This document shows positions 12,751-26,853 of a stretch of 64,000 bases of DNA, in pieces. Within the stretch, counting starts at the first letter, position 1. Each line of letters starts with the position of its first letter. The position numbers and the translations under genes were made by a program. This DNA comes from Eledone cirrhosa. Lineage: Eukaryota. Location: the NCBI GenBank assembly GCA_964016885.1, contig OZ024744.1:113894001-113958000 (forward strand), written 5' to 3'. The notes under the pieces are model-generated. The model was given only the letters and a program-made list of their open reading frames with translations, was not told where the DNA came from and made no database searches.

Positions 12751-13230
12751 CTGTTTTACTAGTGTCAGTCATTAGACTGTGGCCATACTGGGGCACTACC
12801 TTGATATAATCTACCATATCAACCTCAGCACTGTTTTACTGGTGTCAGTCATTAGACTGTGGCCTTACTGGGGCACTACCTTGATATAGTCTACCATATC
12901 AACCTCAGCACTGTTTTACTGGTGTCAGTCATTAGACTGTGGCCTTACTGGGGCACTACCTTGATATAGTCTACCATATCAACCTCAGTACTGTTTTACT
13001 GGTGTCAGTCACTAGACTGTGGCCATACTGGAGCACTACCTTGATATAGTCTACTATATCAACCTCAGTACAGTTTTACTGGTGTCAGTCATTTGACTGT
13101 GGCCATACTGGGGCACTACCTTGATATAGTCTACCATATCAACTTCAGTACTGTTTTACTGGTGTCAGTCATTAGACGGTGGCCATACTGGGGCACTACC
13201 TTGATATAGTCTATCATATCAACCTCAGTA
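12751..13230. repeat. 80-bp tandem repeat, 6 copies, amplified from a SINE segment
   Basis: Starts at 12751, 12831, 12911, 12991, 13071 and 13151. It continues into SINE-like sequence to ~13445. Confidence 0.92.
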
Positions 13231-13439
13231 CTTATTTTTTTCATGTCTTTACCTATTTTATCGATCTCTTTTAGTCAAATTACTAAGTTATTGGACAAAC
13301 AGTAAATTTGAAAGCAGAAGCAATACACACTGACTGGGCATTCAACATAGTTTCTTTGTACCAAATTACACTCACAAGCCACTGATCAAACCAATGTTGT
13401 GGACCTGAACATAAAACCATGAAGCTTCAAATCAAATTC

Positions 13440-13695
13440 TTTAACCTGACAAGGGGCCGTGCATTTTAAGGGAGAAATCCCACTCAAAGCTCCAGATTGT
13501 CACCCCACAGACATACCCTCTCCCTGTTTAATAAAGTCAGTGAAGGATCATTCCACCCCGTCAATCTCACAGCTCTATTTCATAAAACACACAAGAAGGC
13601 AACACATCCCCCTCTACCTTCTCCTTCCACTTCAAATGGAACTCGAAGATGATGAAGAGGTGTTGGCCAGAGAGGGATATTCCTGTCTTCAATCC
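13440..13695 (-). mobile_element. Decayed Tx1-like 3' fragment
   Basis: Minus-strand translation KTGISLSGQHLFIIFEFHLKWKEKVEGDVLPS aligns to KMGTFLFGDILINFFRFHLKKKIRVEREVLPS of 4273-4494. Confidence 0.55.
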
Positions 13696-14669
13696 ATTTA
13701 AATCTATGGAAATAGGAATTGGCAAGTAAAAAGAAATGAAAGAAAGAAAATGGTCAAGAGACGTTTCTTTATTTCCTAATATACTCTTATAAATTATTGC
13801 CGCTTGGACGTAAAATGATGATGATATTTATGTATATATAAATACACACACACATATGCATACATAGGTTTATACCAAGCCTCTTACAAACCAGGGTAAC
13901 ATCATTTATATGTATATAATTTCTCAAATCAAAGGTGTGACCTCTGGAATCTCCAAACTGTTGGTTAATAAGAATATATTTAACAGCAGCACCTCTATTA
14001 TAATAAGGCTTTAGCCAGATCTGGTTATAGGGTGAAAATATCTTATATCCCCACCAAAAAGTATTATAAACCTTATAAAATATGAATGTGGTTACAAGTA
14101 ATTTGGTTAATAAATTGTATCATCATCGTAATCATCAATAGATATGAGTACAGGAACCAAAAGGATATTTGTAATTCTCTTGAATCTTACTATCTTTCTA
14201 AGAGATAATCCTAAAATTGTTAACCCTAGGAACAATAACAAACAATTGAAGTCATTCTATTTGACACTCTACAGATTCTGTCAATCTGCCATCTACTTTT
14301 ACAATTTATTGTATTTTAATCCTTAATCTCTTGGAACACTTAAGCAGAGATTAATTACAGTCAGTCAAATTAATTTAATTCAGATTAATATATTTATGCA
14401 GATTAAATTAATAAGAGGATACTGAAAGGGTTGCTATAGCAATTAATTTTGAAGAGTAGTAATTTATATATGTATATATATATGTGTATGTGTGTGTATA
14501 TATATATAAATTTTCGCTCTACATGGCTGAATACAATATATGTAAACTGAGTTTTTTGAATATTAACAATAACATTCGATTTGTTTGCAATTAAGCAAAC
14601 AGCCTCTTTTTTAAAGCCATGTCAGTAGAATGAACCCCTCATTCTTGCTCTTGTGTTGGCATGTAAACT

Positions 14670-14720
14670 GAACTCCAGACACTAATGTTTCTGGGTGATT
14701 ACCCTTCATCAGTACAGCTC
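14670..14720 (-). ncRNA. Mirror hammerhead motif (stem I partly decayed)
   Basis: Minus strand gagctgta-CTGATGA-agggtaatcaccca-GAAA-cattagtg-TC-tggagttc. Confidence 0.65.
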
Positions 14721-14843
14721 ACTATTCACCTGCCAAACTGTCAGAGCTAGTGAAAATATATGATATTTTCAGGCCGATCAGACACTATATTTTAGAAAAT
14801 ATCATATATTTTCACTAGCTCTGACAGTTGGCAGGTGAACATT

Positions 14844-14893
14844 GAGCTGTACTGATGAAGGGTAATACCCAGAAACATTAGTGTCTGCAGCTC
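14844..14893 (+). ncRNA. Type-I hammerhead ribozyme motif
   Basis: gagctgta-CTGATGA-a-ggg(taata)ccc-a-GAAA-ca(ttag)tg-TC-tgcagctc. GUC triplet, predicted cleavage after 14885. Confidence 0.8.
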
Positions 14894-15033
14894 TGTTTAC
14901 ATGCCAACACAAGAGCAAGAATGAGGGGCTCATTCTACTGACAAAGGCTTTAAAAAAGAGGCTGTTTGCATAATTGCAAACGAATCGAATATTATTGTTA
15001 ATATTCGAAAAACTCAGATTACATTTATATATA

Positions 15034-17526
15034 TCATCATCATCATCATACGTCCGCTTTTCCCTGCTTGCAAGGGTGGGACGGGTCCTATTCAGCACAG
15101 CATTTCTCCACTTGTCATGGGCCTTTGTCATCTCCTCCATGAGTTTGAGCGATCTGAGGTCTGTTCTCACCAGCTCCACCCATGTTTTTCGTGGTCTTCC
15201 TCTACTGCATCTTCCCTCTACTGGGATTTCTTGGCACATCTTTACCCAGCGGTTATCCCCCATGCACATCACATATCCATACCATCACAGTCTTCTCTCC
15301 CGCACACTACAACTTATCCCTCAAAGACAGTTTCTCCCTCAACTCATCTATGCTTGGTCATTCACGCACATTCACATTACACATCCAACGGAGCATGCTT
15401 GCCTCGTTTCTCTCCAGCCGTTGCAGTTGCTGCACATGTCTCACTACCATGCATCATTGCGCATCTCACACAGGCATCATATAACCGGCCTTTCGTATGC
15501 AGGGAGAAACCCTTCTTCGTCAACAGAGGAAGCAGCTCTCTAAACTTCTTCCAACCCGTCCTTATTCTAGATACTATGGCCTCAGATAACCCCCCTCCCA
15601 TGTTAATCTGGTCACCTGGGTACCGGAAGCTATCAACCACTTCTATAGAACCTACCTGCTTTTGAAAAATGTGTCTATCACTGTGACTCCTACTGTCAAA
15701 TTTCCCTGTACATCTACTGAATACGTAGTTTACCCTACCTGTTAGTTTACCTGCTATCCAACTACATCTCTTGTGTTCCCAAGATCTACATTGTATACAT
15801 TTTATAGAGTTTATGTCAGTTCCTTTTCTACATATCGAACATAGCCATTTCCCTGACGGAATCAGAGTTTTGTCCTCTTTTCTACTCATCAACACTTTTG
15901 TCTTAGCTAGGTTCACTCTCAGTCCCCTTGATTCCAACTGCTGTTTCCATAGCCAGAATTTATTCTCTAGCTCCTCTACTGATTCTGCTATAAGAACCAG
16001 ATCATCAGCATAGAGAAGTTCCCATGAGCAGCTAGTCTTAAACTCCTCTGTTATGGCTTGGAGGACTATAATGAAAACGAGCGGGCTGAAGACCGAACCT
16101 TGATGTACTCCTACTTGTATCTGGAATTCCTCTCTAAACTCCATTCCTACCTTGACTTTACTGACAGCACCTCTGTCCATAGCTTGAACTGTCCTTACAA
16201 GCCATTCCTTAACACCTAGTTTCCTTAGGGACCACCAGATGACAGATTGGGGTACCTTATCAAAGGCCTTCTCTAGGTCAACAAAAGCTAAGTATAGTGG
16301 CTTATTCTTCTCTAAGAACCTCTCTTGTAGTTGCCTCACTAAGAAGAGGGCATCTGTTGTACTTTTTCCCAGGCACAAAACCAAACTGCATCTCATCTAA
16401 TTTGACCCTTTCTCTAATTAGTTGTGCTAATATTCTTTCTGCCACTTTCATAACTTGATCCATCAGTTTTATGCCTCTATAATTGCTCCTCTCCAGAGCA
16501 TCCCCTTTACCTTTGTAGCAATTTATAAAAATACTGCTGCACCAGTCTTTGGGTATGACACCACCATATATAGCCTGATTGATGATGCGTGCAACTAGTT
16601 TAGTTCCTATTTCTCCTGATGCCTTCAGCATCTCAGCAACTATCCCTGACGATCCAGCGGCCTTACCATTTTTAATTTCTTTAATCACCTCTTGGACCCT
16701 ATAATCATCAATCTCAATAGCTGGTCCCTCTGTCAGGTCTACTGGGGGTAGTTTCTCTCTCTTCCATTCGTTCTCCACATTCATCAGTCTCTCATAATGA
16801 CATTTCCAGGCCTCCTTTTTTTGATCATTAGTGACACTAAGTACACCCGCATCATTCCAGACACACTTATCTCCAACAATATCCTGATTTACACTGACAC
16901 ACTGCCTTGCAATGTGGAACACCACACATCTCAGATCTTCCCGTCGCAGGAAATTGACAAATCTCCTATTCTCAGCCTCCCTGCGTGCTAAGTACACCTG
17001 ATGTAAAGGGCTTCTCCCTTAGTGGCTGTATATCCTTCCCTACTCGCACCCTTTTACCAAGCCTTCCATGCTAGTCTTTTGTCTCTAATGGCTTTATCTA
17101 CCGTGCTGTTCCACCACCAGGTCACTCTCTGTCTGGTTGGAGCTCTGCTCCAGCCACAAGTTTCATCAGTAGCCTGCAGCAAGTTGTCACGTAAGAAATT
17201 ACAGTTATTATCTATGTCATACGATTCTAAATCATCTTCTTTCTCGTCATACACATCTTGAAAGGCTTTCCTAAATTTATATTTTAGTGAAAGGTCTTTT
17301 AGCTTCCAGACCTTTCTTTTCCACACCTTCCTGTATGTCTCATTCTTTCTCATACTTATTGAGATGTCACTAACGACTAACCTATGCTGTGGGGTACATT
17401 CTTCCCCGGGGTACACCTTAGTATTTGACACCATCTGTCTGTCTCGCTGCCTAACTAACAAGAAGTCAATCTGACTTATGTGCTTGCCTGATTTGTAGGT
17501 TATTAGGTGGTTGGTAGGCTTATGAA
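15034..17526 (-). mobile_element. RTE/BovB-like LINE, 5'-truncated, frameshifted
   Basis: APE end (QIDFLL...PQHRLVVSD), NYRGIKL, DLEKAFD, GVHQGSV, LLYADDL, PHD-like Cys cluster, GRPRKTW; (GAT)n tail. Confidence 0.93.
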
Positions 17527-20500
17527 ATCACTAAAGGTGTAACAGGTGTATCATGTCACTAGGTCACTAAAGGTGTAACAGGTGTGTGATGTCACTAGAT
17601 CACTAAAGGTGTAACAGGTATGTCATGTCACTAGACCACTAAAGGTGTAACAGGTGTGTTGTGTCACTAGATCATTAAAGGTGTAACATGTATGTCATGT
17701 CACTAGATCACTAAAGGTGTAACAGGTATGTCGAGTCACTAGATCAATAAAGGTATAACAGGTGTGTCATGTCAGTAGATCACTAAAGGTGTAACAGGTG
17801 TGTCATGTCACTAGATCAGTAAAGGTGTAACAGGTATGTCATGTCACTAGATCACTAAAGGTGTAACAGGTGTGAGATGTCAGTAAATCACTATAGGTGT
17901 AACAAGTGTCATGTCACTAGATGACTAAAGGTGTAACAGGTGAGTCATCTCACTAGATCACTAAAGGTGTAACAGGTATGTCATGTCACTAGATCACTAA
18001 AGGTGTAACAGGTGTGTGTTATGTCAGTATATCATTAAAGGTGTAACGGGTGTGTCATGTCAGTAGATCACAAAAGGTGTAACAGGTGTGTCATGTCAGT
18101 AGATCACTAAAGGTGTAACAGGTGTGTCATGTCAGTAAATCATTAAAGGTGTAACAGGTATGTCATGTCAGTAGACTACTAAAGGTGTAACAGGTGTGTC
18201 ATGTCAGTAGATCACTGAAGGTGTAACAGGTGTGACATGTCAGTAGATCAATAAAGGTGTAACAGGTATGTCATGTCAGTAGACCACTAAAGCTGTAACA
18301 GGTGGGTCATGTCAGTAAATCATTAAAGGTGTAACAGGTATGTCATGTCTGTAGATCACTAAAGGTGTAACAGGTGTCATGTCAGTAAATCATTAAAGGT
18401 GTAACAGGTATGTCATGTCACTAGATCACTAAAGGTGTAACAGGTATGTCATATCACTAGATCACTAAAGGTGTAACAGGTATGTCATATCACTAGATCA
18501 CTAAAGGTGTAACAGGTATGTCATGTCACTAGACCACTAAAGGTGTAACAGGTATGTCATGTCAGTAGATCACTAAAGGTGTAACAGGTGTGTCATGTCT
18601 GTAAATCACTAAAGGTGTAACAGGTGTGTCATATCAGTAAATCACTAAAGGTGTAACAGGTATGTCATGTCACTAGATCACTAAAGGTGTAACAGGTGTG
18701 TCATGTTAGTAGATCACTAAAGGTGTAACAGGTGTGTCATGTCACTAGATCACTAAAGGTGTAAAAGGTGTGTCATGTCACTAGATCACTAAAGGTGTAA
18801 CAAGTGTGTCATGTCACTAGATCACTAAAGGTATAACAGGTATGTCATGTCAGTAGATCACTAAAGGTGTAACAGGTGTGTCATGTCTGTAAATCACTAA
18901 AGGTGTAACAGGTGTGTCATGTCAGTAAATCATTAAAGGTGTAACAGGTATGTCATGTCAGTATATGACTAAAGGTGTAACAGGTATGTCATGTCACTAG
19001 ATCACTAAAGGTGTAACAGGTGTGTCATGTCACTAGACAACTAAAGGTGTAACAGGTGTGTCATGTCAGTAGATCACTAAAGGTGTAACAGGTATGTCAT
19101 GTCAGTATATGACTAAAGGTGTAACAGGTGTGTCATGTCAGTAGATCACTAAAGGTGTAACAGGCATGTCATGTCAGTATATGACTAAAGGTGTAACAGG
19201 TGTGTCATGTCAGTAGATCACTAAAGGTGTAACAGGCATGTCATGTCAGTGTATGACTAAAGGTGTAACAGGTGTGTCATGTCAGTAGACCACTGAAGGT
19301 GTAACAGGTGTGACATGTCACTAGATCACTAAAGGTATAACAGGTATGTCATGTCAGTTGATCACTAAAGGTGTAACAGGTGTGTCATGTCACTAGATCA
19401 CTAAAGGTGTAACAGGTATGTCATGTCAGTAGACCACTAAAGGTGTAACAGGTGTGTCGAGTCACTAGATCACTAAAGATGTAACAGGTATGTCATGTCA
19501 GTAGATCACTAAAGGTGTAACAGGTGTCATGTCTGTAAATCACTAAAGGTGTAACAGGTGTGTCATGTCAGTAAATCACTAAAGGTGTAACAGGTGTGTC
19601 ATGTCAGTAAATCACTAAAGGTGTAACAGGTATGTCATGTCACTAGATCACTAAAGGTGTAACAGGTGTGTCATGTCAGTAGATCACTAAAGGTGTAAAA
19701 AGTGTGACATGTCAGTAAATCACTAAAGGTTTAACAGGTGTGTCATATCACTAGATCACTAAAGGTGTAACAGGTATGTCATGTTACTAAGTCACTAAAG
19801 GTGTAACAGGTGTGTCATATCAGTAGACCACTAAAGGTGTAACAGGTGTGTCATGTCACTAGATGACTAAAGGTGTAACAGGTGTGTCATGTCACTAGAT
19901 ACTAAAGGTGTAACAGGTGTGACATGTCAGTAGATCACTAAAGGTGTAACAGGTATGTCATGTCAGTAGATCACTAAAGGTGTAACAGGTATGTCATGTC
20001 ACTAGATCACTAAAGGTGTAACAGGTGTGTCATGTCACTAGATCACTAAAGGTGTAACAGGTATGTCATGTCACTAGACAACTAAAGGTGTAACAGGTGT
20101 GTCATGTCAGTAAATCACTAAAGGTGTAACAGGTGTCATGTCAGTAGACCATTAAAGGTGTAACAGGTGTGTCATGTTAGTAGATCAGTAAAGGTGTAAC
20201 AGGTATGTCATGTCACTAGATCACTAAAGGTGTAACAGGTGTGTCATGTCACTAGACCACTAAATGTGGAACAGGTGTGTCATGTCAGTAGACCATTAAA
20301 GGTGTAACAGGTATGTCATGTCACTAGATCACTAAAGGTGTAACAGGTGTGTCATATCACTATATCACTAAAGGTGTAACAGGTGTGTCATGTCACTAGA
20401 CAACTAAAGGTGTAACAGGTATGTCATATCACTATATCACTAAAGGTGTAACAGGTGTGTCATGTCACTAGATCACTAAAGGTGTAACAGGAGTGACATG

Positions 20501-23500
20501 TCAGTAGATCTCTAAAGGTGTAACAGGTATGTCATGTCACTAGATCACTAAAGGTGTAACAGGTGTGTCATGTCACTAGATCACTAAAGGTGTAACAGGT
20601 ATGTCATATTACTATATCACTAAAGGTGTAACAGGTGTGTCATATCACTATATCACTAAAGGTGTAACAGGTATGTCATGTCAGTAGATCACTAAAGGTG
20701 TAACAGGTATGTCATGTTAGTAGATCACTAAAGGTGTAACAGGTGTGTCATGTCACTAGATCACTAAAGGTGTAAAAGGTGTGTCATGTCACTAGATCAC
20801 TAAAGGTGTAACAAGTGTGTCATGTCACTAGATCACTAAAGGTATAACAGGTATGTCATGTCAGTAGATCACTAAAGGTGTAACAGGTGTGTCATGTCTG
20901 TAAATCACTAAAGGTGTAACAGGTGTGTCATGTCAGTAAATCATTAAAGGTGTAACAGGTATGTCATGTCAGTATATGACTAAAGGTGTAACAGGTATGT
21001 CATGTCACTAGATCACTAAAGGTGTAACAGGTGTGTCATGTCACTAGACAACTAAAGGTGTAACAGGTGTGTCATGTCAGTAAATCATTATAAATGTAAC
21101 AGGTGTGTCATGTCAGTAAATTACTAAAGGTGTAACAAGTGTGTCATGTCAGTAGATCACTAAAGGTGTAACAGGCATGTCATGTCAGTATATGACTAAA
21201 GGTGTAACAGGTGTGTCATGTCAGTAGATCACTGAAGGTGTAACAGGTGTGACATGTCAGTAGATCACTAAAGGTATAACAGGTATGTCATGTCAGTTGA
21301 TCACTAAAGGTGTAACAGGTGTGTCATGTCACTAGATCACTAAAGGTGTAACAGGTATGTCATGTCAGTAGACCACTAAAGGTGTAACAGGTGTGTCGAG
21401 TCACTAGATCACTAAAGATGTAACAGGTATGTCATGTCAGTAGATCACTAAAGGTGAAACAGGTGTGTCATGTCTGTAAATCACTAAAGGTGTAACAGGT
21501 GTGTCATGTCAGTAAATCACTAAAGGTGTAACAGGTGTGTCATGTCAGTAAATCACTAAAGGTGTAACAGGTATGTCATGTCACTAGATCACTAAAGGTG
21601 TAACAGGTGTGTCATGTCAGTAGATCACTAAAGGTGTAAAAAGTGTGACATGTCAGTAAATCACTAAAGGTTTAACAGGTGTGTCATATCACTAGATCAC
21701 TAAAGGTGTAACAGGTATGTCATGTTACTAAGTCACTAAAGGTGTAACAGGTGTGTCATATCAGTAGACCACCAAAGGTGTAACAGGTGTGTCATGTCAC
21801 TAGATCACTAAAGGTGTAACAGGTGTGTCATGTCACTAGATACTAAAGGTGTAACAGGTGTGACATGTCAGTAGATCACTAAAGGTGTAACAGGTATGTC
21901 ATGTCAGTAGATCACTAAAGGTGTAACAGGTATGTCATGTCACTAGATCACTAAAGGTGTAACAGGTGTGTCATGTCACTAGACAACTAAAGGTGTAACA
22001 GGTGTGTCATGTCAGTAAATCACTAATGGTGTAACAGGTGTCATGTCAGTAGACCATTAAAGGTGTAACAGGTGTGTCATGTTAGTAGATCAGTAAAGGT
22101 GTAACAGGTGTGTCATGTCACTAGACCACTAAATGTGGAACAGGTGTGTCATGTCAGTAGACCATTAAAGGTGTAACAGGTATGTCATGTCACTAGATCA
22201 CTAAAGGTGTAACAGGTGTGTCATATCACTATATCACTAAAGGTGTAACAGGTGTGTCATGTCACTAGATCACTAAAGGTGTAACAGGTATGTCATATCA
22301 CTATATCACTAAAGGTGTAACAGGTGTGTCATATCACTATATCACTAAAGGTGTAACAGGTATGTCATGTCAGTAGATCACTAAAGGTGTAACAGGTATG
22401 TCATGTCAGTAAATCATTATAAATGTAACAGGTGTGTCATGTCACTAGACCACTAAATGTGGAACAGGTGTGTCATGTCAGTAGACCATTAAAGGTGTAA
22501 CAGGTGTGTCATATCACTATATCACTAAATCACTAAAGGTGTAACAGGTGTGTCATGTCAGTAGATCACTAAAGGAGTAACAGGTATGCCATGTCAGTAG
22601 ACCACTAAAGGTGTAACAGGTGTGTCATATCACTATATCACTAAAGGTGTAACAGGTGTGTCATGTCAGTTGATCACTAAAGGTGTAACAGGTGTGTCAT
22701 ATCACTATATCACTAAAGGTGTAACAGGTGTGTCATGTCACTAGATCACTAAAGGTGTAACAGGTGTGTCATATCACTATATCACTAAAGGTGTAACAGG
22801 TGTGTCATGTCACTAGATCACTAAAGGTGTAACAGGTATGTCATGTCAGTAGATCACTAAAGGTGTAACAGGTGTGTCATGTCAGTAGATCACTAAAGGT
22901 GTAACAGGTATGTCATGTCAGTAGATCACTAAAGGTGTAACAGGTGTGTCATATCACTATATCACTAAAGGTGTAACAGGTGTGTCATGTCACTAGATCA
23001 CTAAAGGTGTAACAGGCGTGTCATATCACTATATCACTAAAGGTGTAACAGGTGTGTCATGTCACTAGATCACTAAAGGTGTAACAGCTATGTCATGTCA
23101 GTAGATCACTAAAGGTGTAACAGGTGTGTCATGTCAGTAGATCACTAAAGGTGTAACAGGTATGTCATGTCAGTAGATCACTAAAGGTGTAACAGGTGTG
23201 TCATGTCAGTAGATCACTAAAGGTGTAACAGGTGTGTCATGTCAGTAAATCATTATAAATGTAACAGGTGTGTCATGTCAGTAAATTACTAAAGGTGTAA
23301 CAAGTGTGTCATGTCAGTAGATCACTAAAGGTGTAACAGGTATGTCATGTCAGTATATCACTAAAGGTGTAACAGGTATGTCATGTCAGTAGATTACTAA
23401 AGGTGTAACAGGTGTGTCATGTCAGTAGACCACTAAAGGTGTAACAGGTGTGTCATATCACTATATCACTAAAGGTGTAACAGGTGTGTCACTAGATCAC

Positions 23501-24248
23501 TAAAGGTGTAACAGGTATGTCATGTTACTAGATCACTAAAGGTGTAACAGGTGTCATGTCAGTAGACCACTAAAGGTGTAACAGGTATGTCATGTCAGTA
23601 GATCACTGAAGGTGTAACAGGTGTGTCATGTTAGTAAATCACTAAAGGTGTAACAGGTATGTCAATGTCATGTCATTAGATCACTAAAGGTGTAACAGGT
23701 GTGTCATGTCAGTAGACCACTAAAGGTGTAACAGGTATGTCATGTCATTAGATCACTAAAGGTGTAACAGGTATGTCATGTCAGTAAATCACTAAAGGTG
23801 TAACAGGTGTCATGTCAGTAAATCATTAAAGGTGTAACAGGTATGTCATGTCATTAGATCACTAAAGGTGTAACAGGTATGTCATGTCACTAGACAACTA
23901 AAGGTGTAACAGGTGTGTCATGTTAGTAAATCACTAAAGGTGTAACAGGTATGTCAATGTCATGTCATTAGATCACTAAAGGTGTAACAGGTATGTCATG
24001 TCAGTATATCACTAAAGGTGTAACAGGTGTGTCATGTCACTAGATCACTAAAGGTGTAACAGGTGTGTCATGTTAGTAGATCACTAAAGGTGTAACAGGT
24101 ATGTCATGTCACTAGATCACTAAAGGTGTAACAGGTGTGTCATGTCAGTTGATCACTAAAGGTGTAACAGGTATGTCATGTCACTAGATCACTAAAGGTG
24201 TAACAGGTGTGTCATGTTAGTAGATCACTAAAGGTGTAACAGGTGTGT
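17527..24248. repeat. 36-bp satellite array, ~185 copies (6.7 kb)
   Basis: Unit atcactaaaggtgtaacaggt(g/a)tgtcatgtca(c/g)tag. Confidence 0.98.
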
Positions 24249-24944
24249 GTTTTCATGCCTGTAGACCAATAAAACCTCTTAAATTCCCCACATTCCTCAC
24301 CACTTTGGTGACCTTAGTGTCTCGGTTACGTCATTTATCAAGTTGTTTTCTGGAAAATGAAGTTGTCATTATATGCTCTCAAGCACACCTGTGTGTTTTT
24401 ATTGCTCCACAATCAACAACACATATATCACATGTAGCAGTTAGGGATAACCACATTATCATCATGTTTGTTTTTTCCATTGAAAAACTCTGAACGTTGA
24501 AATACACTGGGTAAAATAATATTAGTTTTTTTTTGTTGTATTTGTCATCTTTTGTCCTTTATATATTTGTACTGCACAGTACTGGCTTTTTGAAGTCCTT
24601 ACCAATAAAAATATAATTAACAGTAATGATAAGAAGGCTAATATAGATGAAGAACACAGAAACAATCGCAGTAATAATAAGTGTTCTGGGAATGATAAAA
24701 AACACAGATAGATACACAACCAAAACCTGATGACTTACAAATATATATATATAACAAATATATATACAAATATATATATAGCAAATATATATACAAATAT
24801 ATATATAGGCACTGCACACATATTACGAAGATTACTCTTAATACAAAAGAAACAAGGCCACAAGAAAACTTGCATATAATATAATCAAGGTACACAGAGC
24901 TGTGCTCGGTATTGCAGTGATAGCACACAAAAAAATAAGACTAA

Positions 24945-25585
24945 CAATAATCATTTCTGATTTAGGTACAAGGAGCGGACTAAGTCCATTAAATCAACCC
25001 GAATACATTACTGGTACTTTATTTTATCGACCCCGTAAGGATGAAAGGCAAAGTTAACCTCAGCAGGATTTGAACTTAAAGCGTAAAGGGCTGTAACTAT
25101 GTGCCGCGAAGCAGGCTGTCTGCTACTCTAAAAATACAGCCAATATACCACTCTAATAATAATTGTTTCTACTTTTGGCACAAGGCCAGCAATTACCCCA
25201 GAATAATAATTGTTTCTGATTTAGGCACAAGGACAACAAAGTTTAAAGAGTGGGCAAAGTCAATTAAATCGGCCCCAGTGCATTACTGGTACTTTATTTT
25301 ATTGATACATTCAATCAAAAGAAGAGGTAAAAAAACTATATATGAAAATCTAAAACAACCAACTAGGGTTAGCTCAATCCCATTACTGCACTAGGACTTG
25401 ATGAACACAACCACAAGGATATGGTCTCAACGTGGAAGAGCCCAACTCCCAAAGCTAACCTTGGTGGGATTTGAACTCAGAAGGTAAAGGGCCATAACTA
25501 TGCCACAAAGCATGGTGTCTAACGCTCTACCAATTACTGATAATCCACCTCGCTCTATAATACTAATAATTGTTTCTACTTTAGG
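24945..25585 (-). mobile_element. Cluster of S1 SINE copies and fragments
   Basis: Repeated aataattgtttc...ggcacaagg tails and ggatttgaact heads at ~24945-25130, 25160-25305 and 25450-25585. Confidence 0.75.
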
Positions 25586-25608
25586 CCCAATAATAATAAT
25601 GGTTTCAG

Positions 25609-26455
25609 ACACCTACACAACCTCATTTATTTAGGACTGGATGTTGTGACACCAACATAACTTTAGGTGTAGATGGGGGTGTATTTTTGGTTAGGAGGTG
25701 CCTACTGACTGTAGTTTTCACTTTGTACTTAGGCAAACTGGATCTTCTGTATTACTGTGTAGCGCCAAAGATCTCGGTCCAGTGACATTGTCTTGGAGAG
25801 GTGTAAGTGTGTAAGGTTGGAATTTATCAAATCGTCCCAGGTTTTTCTGGGTCTGCCTACTCCGTGGCTACCGTCTATTTTAATCGCCCTGCACTTTTTT
25901 TTATACAGCTGTCGTCTTTCATGCCCATCATGTGACCATACCAACGTAGTCTTCTCTCGAGTAAACAACATCTGATCCCTCTTATTCCTAATTTCTCATT
26001 TAGTTCATTTATGTTTTGCCATTCACATATATTACTATTACACATCCAGCGGAGCATGCAAGCTTCGTTTCTCTCTAGTCTGCGTATATCCTCTGCACAC
26101 AATGCCCAGGTCTCACTGCCATGTAACATTGCTGTTCGTATGCAGGCATCGTACAACCTGCCTTTCATTTTTAGGGAGAACCCTTTAGCAGCTAATAGTG
26201 GTATAAGCTCTCTGAACTTTTTCCAACCAGTTCTGACTCTAGCTACTGTACTTTCAGAGCACCCTCCCCCACTGCTGATTTTGTCACCCAGGTAACGGAA
26301 GGTGTCCACTATTTCTATAGAACCCTCTGCGCAGTTGAAGGAGCTAGTATTTTGTGGGCACTTGCTGCTACTTATTGCACCAGAGCACCGGCCACATGTA
26401 AAATCTATGTTCTTAGTTAGCTTACCTGTGATCCCACTACCTCTTTTATGCACCC
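25609..26455 (-). mobile_element. RTE LINE 3' fragment (young subfamily)
   Basis: ORF 25875-26453 is nearly identical to the C-terminus of 51759-53552. Confidence 0.93.
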
Positions 26456-26599
26456 GTATTTTCTTAATTTAAGAAGGATGAAAGGTAAAGTTGACCTGAA
26501 CAGGATTTGAACTCTGAACATTGACAACCAAATCCCTGCAAGTTATTTCATCTAATATCCTCAAAATTCTGTCAAGCCACAGTTATAATAATTAAGGAT

Positions 26600-26775
26600 A
26601 ATAATTGTTTCTACTTTTGGCACAAGACCAGCAAAAACTCAGTACATTACTGGTACTTTATTTTATCGACCCTGTAAGGATGAAAGGCAAAGTTAACCTC
26701 GGCGGGATTTGAACTCAGACTGTAAAGGGATGTAACTGTGCTGCAAAGCATGGCGGCCGACTCTCTACCAATACT
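26600..26775 (-). mobile_element. SINE family S1
   Basis: Same family as 10716-10888. Confidence 0.85.
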
Positions 26776-26853
26776 GCCTTGCAAATTAAACCAATGATGA
26801 ACAGCCAAATAAAAAAATATATATATATTTTCCAAGAAATCTGATTAAGAAAA

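Larger units (their letters stand above)
14541..15023. mobile_element. Fold-back (~230-bp arms, 24-bp spacer) of a hammerhead-bearing Penelope-like terminal repeat
   Basis: 14541-14770 is the imperfect reverse complement of 14795-15023. Each arm carries a hammerhead motif. Confidence 0.75.

Noticed and set aside
14974-16013. Plus-strand ORFs overlapping the RTE (and similar antisense ORFs at 52547-53488 and 54975-55391)
   Set aside because: Shadow frames of LINE coding sequence.
17527-24248. 36-bp repeat as a CRISPR array (also the 59-, 68- and 80-bp arrays)
   Set aside because: Units are head-to-tail with no unique spacers, there are no cas genes, and the context is eukaryotic.
24727-24760. 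CTGATGA as a hammerhead
   Set aside because: No downstream GAAA or pairing stems.
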